This document shows positions 35,050-48,013 of a stretch of 64,000 nucleotides of DNA, piece by piece. The stretch's first letter is position 1. Every line of letters begins with the position of its first letter. The DNA comes from Octopus bimaculoides. Lineage: Eukaryota. A program made the translations under genes and the position numbers. The notes under the pieces are model-generated. The model was not told the origin of the DNA, did no database searches, and was given only the letters and a program-made list of their open reading frames with translations. The stretch spans positions 197,179,869-197,243,868 of the forward strand of contig NC_068981.1 of assembly GCF_001194135.2 (NCBI RefSeq), in the 5' to 3' direction.

Positions 35050-35970
35050 ATGGTAGCAGAGAATTATATCAAGTAGCCTGAAGGGAAGCTAAGAGGCAGG
35101 TAGTTTTAACCGGGAGAGAAGCAGAAAGGAAGAAGGTGTTTCAGAGAAAATTGTGATGTTGTAGGAGAGAAGGGTTTGCATGGACGATGGCTCACTTGCA
35201 GTCAGTGATTCTGCAAAGAGGCATGGAAATACCATTATGAAAGCTTGCTCAATGTAGAGAACTCATGGAAGGAGAGCCTGCCTAATGTGGGCCCAACAGA
35301 GGGACCAGCAATCAGAATAGACAGTAGCTGGGTGGATAAAGCTATGAACGATATGAAGACAAAGGAAGCCTCTAACCCATCGGGAATCACTGCTGAGATG
35401 CTTAAAATATCTGGCGGAGTGGGATATGGCCTGGTCACTCATATAGTTGATCGGGTTATCCACGAAGGAGTCATAACCAACAACTGGTGTAGCAGTACCA
35501 TAATCAAATTGCTACAAAGGTAAAGGTGATGTCTTAAAAATAATTACAGAAGTATCAAATTGCTGAGCCAGGTGATGAAAGTCACAGAAAGGGTCACAGC
35601 TTAATTAATTAGGAAGAGAATTAACCTAGATGAGATGCAGTTTGGTTTTGTGCCAAAGCCATGGAAAAAGCCACTGGCAGGGTATCTGGCTCCCTTACCA
35701 GGTAGTCAATGTGGAAGCTAGGGATAGGTGAGTGGTTGGTGAGAGCTGCACAAGCCATGTACAGGGATGCTGCCAGTAAGGTGTAAGTCGGAATTGAGTA
35801 GAGCTAAGAAATTAGTGTACAGGTGGGAGTTCACCAAAAATCAGTTCTCAGCCCCTCAACACAGAGATTTAAGACTGGTTGCTCTTGAGAGTTCCTCTAT
35901 GTTGATGACCTTGTTCTTATTATTGAATCACTACCAGAACTAGAGAAGAAATTTCAGGTGTGGAAGCAAG
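35050..35970 (+). mobile_element. Degenerate RTE RT region
   Basis: PSGITAEMLKISG...WCSSTI, NYRSIKLLSQVMKVTERV, LDEMQFGFVP, GVHQ, YVDDLVL, ELEKKFQVWKQ, with stops and deletions. Confidence 0.82.
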
Positions 35971-37286
35971 ACTTGTCTATTTATCCCCCCCCCCCATCCA
36001 ACATAAAAAGGTGAGTGCATTTAAGGAAATCCACTCTGTTGCAAGTATTTGGAGCCAGGTCCCTAGCTTGAAAATAACTCTCCCTCTACTTGTCCCATCC
36101 CACAGAGGAGTCTCCAATAAAGGGTCATACGTGCTAGCCCTCTTTCTATCTGACTAAATGAAATAGAAAACTGATATCCAGCATTTGAAGAATCATGTCC
36201 ACTAACCAGCGCTAACCAAACGCAATGAGATCTTAAGTTGAAAAAAAAAAAAGATTGAAAAATACAGAATTGCAGAGGATGAATTTTGAAGAGGAATAAC
36301 TTTACCAGGATGGTCATTAAATTGAGAAATCTTACAGCAGACAGACAATGGAGCAATGACTGAATTTTATTAACCGTTTATATTGACGATCATCAACATG
36401 CGATCCTTGGATCTTTATTTCTCAATATCAGAAACTCTTGTAGGTGCAGGTGAGGATGTGTGATAAAAAATATGCTTCCCAATAACATGATTTTGGGTTC
36501 AGTCCCACTGAGTGACACTTTGGGTGTCTTCCACTATAGCCTCGGCCCGACCAAAGCCTTCTGTGCACAGTGAGAGAGAGATACACACATATTCTGTTCT
36601 TGTTTGTTCAGATTTCTGAAAACATGCCATTCTTCGCGATAGCAGACAAGCTCCAGTTTCGGAAGAGAACAGACTGTGGACTCCTCTACGGCAAGTCCTC
36701 ATTTGGTGGATAAGGGAACAACCTCTAAATTTAGGAGTCAACAGAGAATAAGAAAATAAGCTGTCCTGGGCGAAATACTGTCTACCCTTTGGCAAGGTAT
36801 AACACCTGTAAGCCACCTGGCCTAAGGTGGATGGGTAGTCTTAGGTAAACAGACGTTATCCATTGACTAACGATGTTGGGAAGAGGAAACTTTGTGGAGA
36901 TCAACGGAAAGGATCACCAAGTGTATTCCTACTGATGTCTCAGACAATCGGCGACCATGGACATTTTTAGCAATTAAAGATTTGTACCACACACAGTGTG
37001 TATTTACATATGTATGTATATGTAATCATTTTATATTCGGGTATACCCCTTTTAGTATGCAGTTTAAAGCCCCACACACTGTATTTGGCTACCTGATGTC
37101 ATCAACAGTACGAAGGTATATGCCACTGGATTTACTTCAGGAATTTCTTGTAGGTACGTATATTATATATATATGGTATATTTTGATCCTTTCACCCGCA
37201 TGATTTTCACAAAGAAGAAAAAAAAATAAACTCGGATTTTTTGCGTGTAATCAAGTACCCCGACTGCCTAATATGCTGCAAATCCT

Positions 37287-38302
37287 GGTACTACTCAAGC
37301 AGAGCGGACCCGAACGCGCAGTCCTTTTTCTGAGTGACATGTACTTGTCGTCAAATGAAAATTCAATCTTTTCAACGTGCTATTGACGGAGTTATTTGGC
37401 GATGTAATTCATGCAGTAAAACAATCTCTATAAGGAAAAATACTTTTTTAGAGAAATGCCACTTGATAGTGTTTACACTATTTCAAATAATAGCAGACTT
37501 TATATCTGAATTGCCAGTAACTTGTTCCATGAGTTGAAACAATATTAGTAACGACACGGCCATTCTATGGTACGAATACTGCCGAGAAATATGTTCAGCC
37601 ATGTTACTGAAAGATAAGAAAAAATNNNNNNNNNNNNNNNNNNNNNNNNNNNNNNNNNNNNNNNNNNNNNNNNNNNNNNNNNNNNNNNNNNNNNNNNNNN
37701 NNNNNNNNNNNNNNNNNNNNNNNNNNNNNNNNNNNNNNNNNNNNNNNNNNNNNNNNNNNNNNNNNNNNNNNNNNNNNNNNNNNNNNNNNNNNNNNNNNNN
37801 NNNNNNNNNNNNNNNNNNNNNNNNNNNNNNNNNNNNNNNNNNNNNNNNNNNNNNNNNNNNNNNNNNNNNNNNNNNNNNNNNNNNNNNNNNNNNNNNNNNN
37901 NNNNNNNNNNNNNNNNNNNNNNNNNNNNNNNNNNNNNNNNNNNNNNNNNNNNNNNNNNNNNNNNNNNNNNNNNNNNNNNNNNNTTTACGTTGTTTAGAAA
38001 ATAAAAATTATTTTGTTCACAAAATTTAATTAAAAGAAAAAAAATGTATGAAGTTAACAAAAACAGATAGTGTGTTATTTTTATTCCTTCTACCTATCTA
38101 CGTTGTTTAGAAAAGAAAAAAGTAATTTTTTAAAAATTATTTACTTTGTTTAAAAGAAATTATTTACTAATTTGCATACGCGCGCACGCGCACACATGTA
38201 TTCATTTGCGCGCGCGCGCACTTTTCGTAGGGTCGGCCACTCACGACTAGCTAGCGCGGACGCGCGACTGCGCGTTCGGATCCGCTCTGCTTGAGTAGTA
38301 CC
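37287..38302 (+). mobile_element. Merlin (IS1016-related) DNA transposon with intact ends
   Basis: 37-bp TIRs ggtactactcaagcagagcgga(c/t)ccgaacgcgcagtc and 9-bp TSD gcaaatcc(t/c). ORF remnant C-x-C..MK...DGVIWRCNSC...SIRKNTFLE...WYEYCREIC with an internal stop. The centre is an N gap. Confidence 0.88.
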
Positions 38303-38459
38303 GCAAATCCCCTATTTTGGTTCGGAAAAAAATGGGGGGAACCGCCCCCCCTCCATATCCCGGAATTATTGGAAATATATATATATACCAGTTACGCTCG
38401 CGCGCGCGCACGAACACATAAACACAAACGCATATATATATATATAATCTATCTATCTA

Positions 38460-38535
<76 letters not shown>

Positions 38536-38908
38536 TTTAACCAACAGGTTCTGGGATCTGATGATACGCCATAAAGCTAAGCCCTTTATGGACGTGAATA
38601 TATATCGGCCGGTCTAGGCCCAGGTCATGTCTAACTTAATAACACCATCTAGTAAAGTATTTTAGTCATATATACGATTGCAGCGTGGAAGGTGTTTATA
38701 AGCCATTTAAAAACACACAAAAACCGTTAGATTCACTTCGACATCTAAATTTCATTTGTCAAAACATTAAAACATTTTCGTCGCTTTGAAACCGAAACCT
38801 TTCCATTGACAAAATTCCCGCGCGCGCGCGTGCAAAAATATACACGTAACTGACATATGCATAGATATAAGATGCCATGCTAGTATTATTACTTTCAAAA
38901 TGTTTTAC

Positions 38909-38915
38909 CTGACAT
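38909..38915 (-). CDS. CENPK: Candidate CENP-K initiation exon, coding part (ATG TCA G)
   Basis: gtcgctATGTCAG|gtaaaa. Phase 1 joins the 41-bp exon to give MSGDLPETV... (237 aa total). In-frame upstream stops and a CpG-rich context fit a first exon. No homology support. Confidence 0.45.
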
Positions 38916-39119
38916 AGCGACACGGAGGAGGGATTCTGATGGTCTTTTGTCCTCTCTATTTCTTTCCTCGAAACACTTGTGTCAACTCCACCAAACCTCA
39001 GACTTTCAAAACTTTCTAAATATTTCATTGACAACAAAAATATTTAAATACCGCGCACTGGTGCTGCCCTCTCACGGCTACCAGTACGCGCGCGCGCACA
39101 CAAACACATACATACAAAC

Positions 39120-39189
39120 GCATATATATATATAATATATATATACATATATATAACCATATATATATATATATAACCATATATATATA

Positions 39190-39244
<55 letters not shown>

Positions 39245-39282
39245 TATAACCATATATATATATATATAACCATATATATATA

Positions 39283-39321
<39 letters not shown>

Positions 39322-39435
39322 CATATATATACACATATATATATATAATCTATATATATATAATACATATATATATGTATATATATATATATATATATGT
39401 ATTATATATACTGTATATAATATATATATATACGA
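39120..39435. repeat. Long interrupted (TA)n tract
   Basis: Direct reading; shows an internal higher-order repeat with taaccat interruptions. Confidence 0.95.
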
Positions 39436-40379
39436 AACATCACCGACTTAATAGAATACACTCGGCCAAGGTGCCACGCAGTGGGACTGAACCCAAAACC
39501 GCATGCGAACCTCTTAAACACACAGCCAGTCACACACACACACATGCAGTGCTATGGATAAAAGTTGTGTGTAAAACAGTGTTTATTCTTCCAATTGGCT
39601 GTGCAAAGCCCCAGATTTGTGTGGAGGCGAAGTTAGTCGATTAAATAGCCTCGGTGACGGCTACTTCGTTTCTATCAAACCCCGAGATAGATGAAAGGCA
39701 AGGATTTCGTTGTTTAATCGGAAGTAAACAACGGTAAAACTCTCAACACATCCGCTGTTATTATTGTATTTAAGTTACTTCATGCATCGCACCATTATTC
39801 TGTTTGCATCAGCGAACACACACACGACTACGTTATTTTCGCGCCCATTTTACAAATTCTTCTCAAAGTCGTTACTACCACTGCTGCTGTTACTACTACC
39901 AATATTACTATTGCTGCTGCTGTTACTACTACTACTACTACCACCACTATTACTACTACTACTACTACTACCACCACTACTACTACTACTACTACTACTG
40001 TCGCGGATGTTGTGTCTGTCTATTTATATTTACTAATGTTATTCAGTTCAACAATTTTCTTTGACTTATACTGAGATCATCTCGTCTTATTTCCAGGCAT
40101 GGAAAAAAAATCTCACAGATCGAATCATCACACACATGCGCTCGTATACGTGTATGTATGTGGAGTGGCGTTGCTTAGTGGTTAGGATGTTGCACTCAAG
40201 ATTGTATGATTGTGGTTTCGATTCCGAGAGCGGGCGGTGCCTTGTGTTCTTGAGCAACACACTTCATTTCATGTTGTTCCAGCCCACTGAAAAAAAATGA
40301 TTCTGCGACTGACCAGTGTCCCTTCCGGAGGAAGGCGAAGATATAAGCCACAGAATCCTGAAAACCGGCCTTATGAGCT

Positions 40380-40900
40380 GGATGCTCTGTGATCGCTGTG
40401 AAGAATTATGTGACATGGACAGCTGCTACGAAGTCGTGGCCAGCACTAAGAGACACAGTAGGCATTCTGACTGCATCCACACGCCGCGATTCATCCCCGA
40501 ATCAATGAATAGAGTCTTAGGGTCAATTCAGATAGCTGCTGGAGACTGTGGCCAATCCCAAGCTCAAGGCGGAGTTGCTGCTGGAAGACCACATGTAAGG
40601 TAACAGGAATTGGCTTCTTGCCATATCTCCAGAAAGAGTCAAAAGTGGTTGCTTGAGAATTTCTATGACCAGCCCAAATTTCTGGTCCCCTAATATTCAC
40701 GGTTGTTATCCCGTGGATTACTGTGTTTGATGGGGGGGGGGGGGCTGAAAAAGACACCAACTCTTCTCCCAGCCATACCAAGGCCAAGCTGGTCAAGATC
40801 AAGGAGATATTTGAAAATCTTCTCAGAGGACACAGGAACAAATGTACCAGATTCCAGAGCTGTCTTCAGCAAGTTGAGGGTGGCCACCTTGAGTAAACTG
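40380..40900 (+). mobile_element. Internally deleted DD37D-family relic
   Basis: EVVASTKRHSRHSDCIHTPRF (N-terminal), VAAGRPHV, and FWSPN...DY remnants. Confidence 0.55.
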
Positions 40901-42809
40901 CTGTCGCACAGCTACATTCAAGTTGATATTTTGATTTTTTTTTTAAATATTTTAAATTTTTGGATGAGATATTGTGTTTGCATTTTATGCAGAGTCTCTA
41001 TATACATTCTTGTATTCTTTTACCTGTTTCAGTCGTTTGACTGCGGCCATGCCGGAGCACTGCCTTCAAAGGTTTTAGTCAAAGAAATCGACCCCAGGAC
41101 ATATTCTTTGTAAGCCCAGTACTTATTCTATCGGTCTCTTTTGCTAAACATCTAAGTTACAGGGACTTAAACACACCAGCCCGAAGCGACGGTCGAAGAC
41201 ACTTGTCCAAGGTGCTATGCAGTGGGATTGAAAACGGAACCACGGCAGCTGGGAAGCAAGCATCTTACCACACAGCCACGTCTGTATAATTTAAGTAAAA
41301 GTGAGACATGAGAAATAACTCTCATCGCTTGTGGCAAGTATTTCAACAACATAGACAAATACAGATGTATCAAATAACATACAACATAAATTCTAGATTT
41401 ATGAGAATCATCACCTCTACAAGATGTACCATAATTAGTAAATGGCAATTGAGACCAGCTCCACTTGAGAAGGGGGAATAATCTCAAGATTAAAGAATTC
41501 TCCAAAGTTGACAGGTTTATTGTCTGGAGATAAGAGGAGAGTCATGAGCACACATGTTCCTGGTTCTATTGCTGACATCAGCACATATGCACCTATGTAC
41601 AGGATGTGAAATTTTTTTCCCACAATAGTTCCGGACCCCAGTAATAAACTCATTTGCATACAACCAATCAGAGCCCACCTTGAAAATCCACATACTGTGT
41701 ACTAGTACAGTACAACCAGTCAGGCATAGAATGGTGTATGTCACTCTGTGAGTACAGCATTGCAAGTCTCACATAAGCACCACATCCCTCCTCCCACCAC
41801 CATCCTCATAGATCAATTGAGCACCATCTCTATATGGAGCTAACATTAGGTACCTATGCTCAGACTGAGATTAGTGATACTGCATGTATCCACTGAGATA
41901 TGCTAAGTGGGCACACTATGACACAACACCATATTGATTATGATGTTCCCAGATCAACAGCAACATTTTAAATTAGGAATGTACAAAATCAGTCAAAAAA
42001 TTAAGAAACTACACTCATTTACGTTTTCTAGCAAATAACACAAATTGTTTTCTACTCTAGGCACAAGGCCTGAAAGTTTTGGGGGAGTTGATTAGATTGA
42101 CCACAGTATGCAACTGGTACTTAATTTATCGACCTTGAAAGGATGAAAGGCAAATGTTGACCTCAGCAGCAAATTACATAAATTGGCAACACTTCTGGCA
42201 TCATTGGGGAACAGCTCTCCATTCACTTTATACACTAAATTTCACATTTGTCTCCCCTATTAACCTGTTTAGAATGGTTTTGTTATAATGCACATTTTCC
42301 ATTGAACTCAACCAGAGTATTTTCATAAATAGGTGGACACTAGTTTGGTAGTTGAGCTCTGATTGTCTTTATGCAAATGAGTTCATAACTGGGGCCTGGA
42401 ACTCACGGGAAAAAAAATTCGCATACAGGACCTCCAAGATAACTTTGTCTGTTCAGAATTCACAGCAGCTATAAGTTGTGTTTTTTTTATTCTTTATCAC
42501 GTGACTCTGAAGATAGCCACAGGCACTGAACCAATGTCCTGGTTGTACACACCATCTTATAAACCAGGCATTGGCAAACATCTGATACCATTGACTCCCT
42601 TCATGAAATCATTGATAACTTACCAACTCCTATTATGTAAATTTCTAAAATAAAATTGAAAAGTATAATTAATAAAAGATTCTTTAATTTGAACATAATT
42701 TGGGGGTGGTGTGGAAGGGGTTCATTACCACCTTTCAATAAGATATATTTTAAAAATTTAATGAAGATACTTAACAAAATTAATATGGCACAATAAAAAT
42801 TCAGTCGTA

Positions 42810-42980
42810 TTATATTCCTGCTGGCCACAGGTGCATAAGCTCTGTTGCAGCAGTCCATGTTATGTCTTACAACCGTTTCAGTGTTCACAGAGCATTGAGC
42901 AGCAGTCATGATGTCAGTGTTGTGACACCAGGTGTGAATCATCATGACACAGGTAACTCTTTTCCAATATTCAGATAGCT
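42810..42980 (-). mobile_element. DD37D-like transposase N-terminal relic
   Basis: MEEWKLSEYWKRVTCVMMI...AAQCSVNT...APVASR resembles the N-termini of the other maT copies. Confidence 0.4.
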
Positions 42981-44103
42981 TCCACTCCTCCATGTCAATA
43001 AACTTTTTCTCAACTACAGCTTTAATCTTTATGCTCTCCAACGCCGTTGACTGTTCACCTCAAGTTACCTCAAGCTGTTCCTGATAAAAGGAGACATAAA
43101 AATTTGTCAAATTTAGCCTGAACACCCTACATGGAAAAATGAACATTAAAGGATCATGACCATGATCATGATGATATATGCACATCATCATCGTCCTCAT
43201 TTAACGTACATTTTCCATGCTAACATAGGTCGGACAGCTTGACAGGAGCTGGCAAACAAGAAGACTGCTCTAAGCTCCACTGTCTGTTTTGGTACGGTTT
43301 TTACAGCTGGATGCCCTTCCTAATGCCAACCACTTTAAAAGGTGGACTTGGTGCTTTTGACATGACACCAGCACTGGCAAGCTCTGTTTCTGCATACATA
43401 AATATATAATATATATCATCATCATCATCGTTTAACATCCGTTTTCCATGCTAGCATGGGTTGGACAGTTTGATTAAGGACTGGTGAGCCAGAAGGCTGC
43501 ACCAGGCTCTAATCTTATCTGGCAAGGTTTCTACAGCTGGATGCCCTTCCTAACATTAACCATTCCGAGAGTGTAGTGGGTGCTTTTTACATTCCACCGG
43601 CACAAGGGATAGTAAGGTGGTACTGGCATCGACCACACTCGAATAGTGCATTTTGTCACTGGCACGGGTGCCAGTCAGGTGGCACTGATATATCTCAATA
43701 AAGGTATATTAAAAATACAAGATAAATTCTTCATTTATTAAAGTTACTTTTGCTTCCAGAAAAGGTAGAACAATCACTTGGGACTAACTCCAAATGGGAT
43801 AGGGAGATAATCTCAAGATGATACTTGGTAAAACTGAGATACCAGAACTAAGGTGGTTTAAAGTAAATAAAAGAACTTGGAATCTCTGCAAATGAAACAG
43901 GAGAGAATAGAATGGTAAAGCTACTTTATATATTGCACATTAGTCAGCAGCATAATTGAATATTGAAATATTTTCAACAACAAACATGTATTAGAAAACC
44001 TTAGATGAATCTATTGTAGTTAAACTACAGTTTGTAATGCTTATGTTGTAAAAAATTCAACAAATGTGAGTACAATATGTTAATCCTTTCACACAGCAAT
44101 GTA

Positions 44104-45012
44104 TTGGGTCATCCCATAAATAATTGCATGAACTAAAAGTCAGAGGGGGACGAGATAAACTACCTGCATCAACTTGCTACAAAAGCAGGTAGTAATTTTA
44201 CCTTGTCCTTATTTTTATTGCAAATTTTGAAGAGTGCAGTTCAATTTTAACAATTATTTTTTCAAAGCTATAATGGAAGTGACAAAGGAGCATATTCGGC
44301 ATATTTTGCTTTATGAGTTCAATAAAGGCAACAACGCAATGGAATGTGTGAGGAATATTAATGCAGTACATGAGGATTGGACAATAAGCATAAGCCAATG
44401 TCAACGGTGGTTCCAGAAATTCCAAGTTGGAAACTACAGCCTAGAAGATGAGCCTCATCCTGGAAGATTTGTAGAGCTTAATGAGAACATCCTGCAAACT
44501 TTGGTGGAACAAAATCCCATCGTAACTGTTGAGGAACTAGCAGAGAAACTTGGATTTGGTCTTTCAACCATTCATTGACACCTGCGTGCCATCGGAAAAG
44601 TCATCAAATAGAGTTAATGGGTTCCTCACAAACTTTCTGAGTCTAATGCTTGGCCACATACAGCAAGGATGACATTCCAAAGGCTGGAACAGTATGAATG
44701 GGAAACAATGCCCCATCCACCATATCACTGGACATTGCCCCATCTGATTATTATATATTCTGCAGTCTTCAAAATCATTTGGATGAAAAATATGAATTCT
44801 GTAGACAGGTCAGAACAGTACCTGGGGAGTATTTTTCATGATGGACAAGCGAATTTTGGAAGAGGGGCCTTGCAAGTTTACATGATAGATAGAAGAGCAT
44901 GGTAGAAATTGAAGGAGAGTATATTTTAGATTAAAAAAAGAACTTTGTTTATCTTGATTTTGAAAAATAAAAGAAGTATAGCAAAACTGCATTATTTAAT
45001 GGGATGACCCAA
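44104..45012 (+). mobile_element. Mariner element, internally deleted, both TIRs present
   Basis: TA-ttgggtcatcccataaataa...ttatttaatgggatgacccaa-TA. Encodes MEVTKEHIRHILLYEFNKG...QRWFQKF...LEDEPHPGR, WVPH, PHTA and PHPPY; the first catalytic D region is deleted. Confidence 0.9.
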
Positions 45013-45949
45013 TACATGCTTCACAATATGCAAACATTTAATACTAATCACCAAACACTTCTCAACCAATCATAGATTTCATGTGATAATTATAAGAAAT
45101 GATGCAAAAGTTAGCTATAAACGACACCAACAGAAGAATTGATATAATGTCATGTTGTATACACAAGAACAAATTCATTTAAAAAATTGGTCTGAACTGC
45201 AAACATGGTAAATATCTAAAATTTAATAGAATCAGAAATAGCAGCTGAGGTACGATATTGTCAAGTCTAACCAAACAACAAAATAAAGGAACAAAAGATG
45301 GCAATTTAGAGACATCAGATACAAAAATAAATACTGAGTAATATTTACACAATACAACAGAATATATATATATATATGATATATATATATATACATAAAT
45401 ATATATATATAGAGAGAGAAATGTAGGCAAATCAGCAACAGAATAAACAAAAGTTAGCAAACCAGGATATGAAATAGTTATGAGAGACCAACCAGCAATT
45501 TGGTTTGTGAAAAATGATAACATGATAATGATCAATAAATGCTGACAGATTACTGACAATCCGGACATTATATTGAGATTAACCAATGAAAACAGAACAA
45601 CCAGCAAAGTGACAAATAAAAAAAAACAAAACTGCACAAAAACAAAGACCACCTTAACAAAATAATAGGAATTGGTCATTGGTCAATGAAGGCCATAGCC
45701 ACTCACGAATGAACCCGCTTACTCTTGTACTTGTTTCAGTCATTAGACTGCGACCATGTTGGGCACTACCTAGAAAAGATATTAGTCGAACAGATTGATC
45801 CTAGTACCTTTTTTCTAAGCCTAGAACTTATCATATCGGACATGTTTGCTAAACTGCTAAGTTACCTGGATGTAAGACAGCAACACCAGTTGTCAAGCAG
45901 GGGTGGGGTGGGGCAACAAATACAGACACAAAAATACACACACACATGC

Positions 45950-45986
<37 letters not shown>

Positions 45987-46003
45987 TATATATATACATA
46001 CAT

Positions 46004-46035
<32 letters not shown>

Positions 46036-46422
46036 TCTTTTATTTGTTTCAGTCATTTGAAGACGCCATGCTGGAGCACTGCCTTTAGTCGAACAAATCA
46101 ACACCAGGATTTATTCTTTGTAAGCCTAGTACTTATTCTGTCGGTCTTTGTTGCCGGACCGCTAATGTTATTGGGAGCGTAAACACACAAACATTAGTTG
46201 TCAAGTGATGCTGGGAGTACAAACACAGACACAATACACACACACACACACATATACGACAAGCTTCTTTCAGTTTCTATCTACTAAATCTACTCACAAG
46301 GCTTTGGTTGGTCTGAGGCTATAGTAGAAGATGCTTGTCTGAAGTGCCATGCAGTGGGACTGAACCCAGAACCACATGGTTGGGAAACAAGCTTCTTACC
46401 ACACAGCCACTCTTGTGCCTAT

Positions 46423-46490
<68 letters not shown>

Positions 46491-46879
46491 TATGCATATA
46501 CAACAGGGGCTTCTTTCAGTTTGTGTCTAGCAAATCTCAGAACCATGTGCTACTCTTTATAAAAATTAAAATACATTAACAAAGAGAAGCCGTGCACAGC
46601 AATTTAGGACAAATAAAAATGTGCAACGCATCTTCTGAACATGCATTTATTTGTAAAAATGCAATTAAGTCCCACATTTTAAAATAAACACCTTGGTTAA
46701 ACCAAATGTCTTTCTGTGTAACTAAAAAAACATACAGCGATGACTAATTTTAAATTTCTGTTTAAATCTCCTTAGAGAGAGAGTGTTCATTTCCTGTCCA
46801 CAGTTATTTATAGAACATGCAAAACTCCAGTATTTCTTGTGCACTTACTATTTATGGTTATCCAACAGCAATTCTTCCC

Positions 46880-47100
46880 CACCCCTTTTTAGCATATCAA
46901 GTATGGTAACTTCCCATTTAGCTGTAGAATCCTGTAGTCTTTGGTAAGACTGCTAGATTTACTTTTAAATCTATTCATTCTGGATTCTGCTCTCACATAC
47001 AAAAGTCTGCCTCTCCTTCTTTGGCTATGAGAACTTGGTCATCAGAATACAGAAGTTCCCATTAACATGCAATTCTATATCTCTCTTGTAGTCTTGAGAA
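46880..47100 (-). mobile_element. LINE RT fragment
   Basis: ELLYSDDQVLIAKE (YADD-type motif). Confidence 0.55.
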
Positions 47101-47205
47101 CTATTAAAATAATGAGGAGATGGGGGGGGGGTCAGTAACCAAGCTCTAAGGAAAATATAAAAAAAAAAATAAATGCGCCCTTTTAAAGCCTAACCAGGCT
47201 CATGG

Positions 47206-47855
47206 GCTGCCATAATCCTTGCCTTCAGTTCATCTTTGGTGTTACAAGGAGTTTTGTTGGTCTCTCACTCAACTGCGACCCACACATAATAATCCAGGGG
47301 GTTGCAGTCTGGGGAGTTAGGTGACCAAGTGTTAGGGGTGGTGTGCTCGCAGAAATTGTCTGACAGCCAAGACTGGGTTCTTCTGCTTGTGTGACAGGGT
47401 GCAGAGTCCTGTTGCCAGACATAGGGTCTTCCAGCAGCCACCCTCTTCATCCTGGACAGCACTACCTCCTCCAGGTACTTGATGTAGGCCTCCGTGTTGA
47501 GTGTGAGGCTGTGTGGGAAGATGAATGGAGGCATAACGTCGCCATCGCTAGTGATCACTCTGAACACCATGATGTTGCCTGGATGTTTGATTTTTATTAA
47601 TCTCGGTACATGTCCTCAGACTGACACCCAAACATTCTGAAATGTTCATATTGGAGCTTCTGATGTGAATACCAAGCGGTACAGCATATCGTTTCCAAGT
47701 TTCTGGCAGAGTGTATTGCGTCATGGGGCTGTTTTTCTCACAGACGGTGCCCAACTGAACTTACACTATTGTATAGTTGACAAAATCAAAAACAAACAAT
47801 GCGCACGCACAAAACTGTGAGTATAAAATGGCGATAACTTACCCATCGCACCCTG
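47206..47855 (-). mobile_element. Non-autonomous DD37D element, 3'-truncated
   Basis: WQQD-SAPCH...WSPNSPDCNPL-D gives 37 residues; TIR ...acccatcgcaccctg at 47855. Confidence 0.85.
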
Positions 47856-48013
47856 ATTGTATCTATGTATGTATATGTGCAGATTCCTATTTTTTTATTT
47901 TAAGTATATATTCTTATGCATATAGTTACATATCTAGACATGCTCATATATATTTAAATGATAAACTTCTGGAAAGTTTTACAGATTTTTACAGTTCCAG
48001 TGATGGATTGGAT

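Noticed and set aside
36602-36796. Plus-strand AG-GT exon candidate
   Set aside because: All three frames contain stops; it is more likely a repeat relic.
38690-38830. Repeat (also 54375-54510) with hammerhead-like topology on the minus strand
   Set aside because: Stem I, a hairpin and GAAA are suggestive, but both copies lack CUGANGA. It cannot be called a ribozyme without a consensus.
42623-42643. 21-nt minus-strand microexon with strong splice sites
   Set aside because: It cannot be linked to any gene model or homology, and such matches arise by chance in AT-rich DNA.
45179-45679. 166-aa hydrophobic ORF suggesting a membrane protein
   Set aside because: The hydrophobicity comes from T-rich composition and a (TA)n tract, and no family motifs are present.
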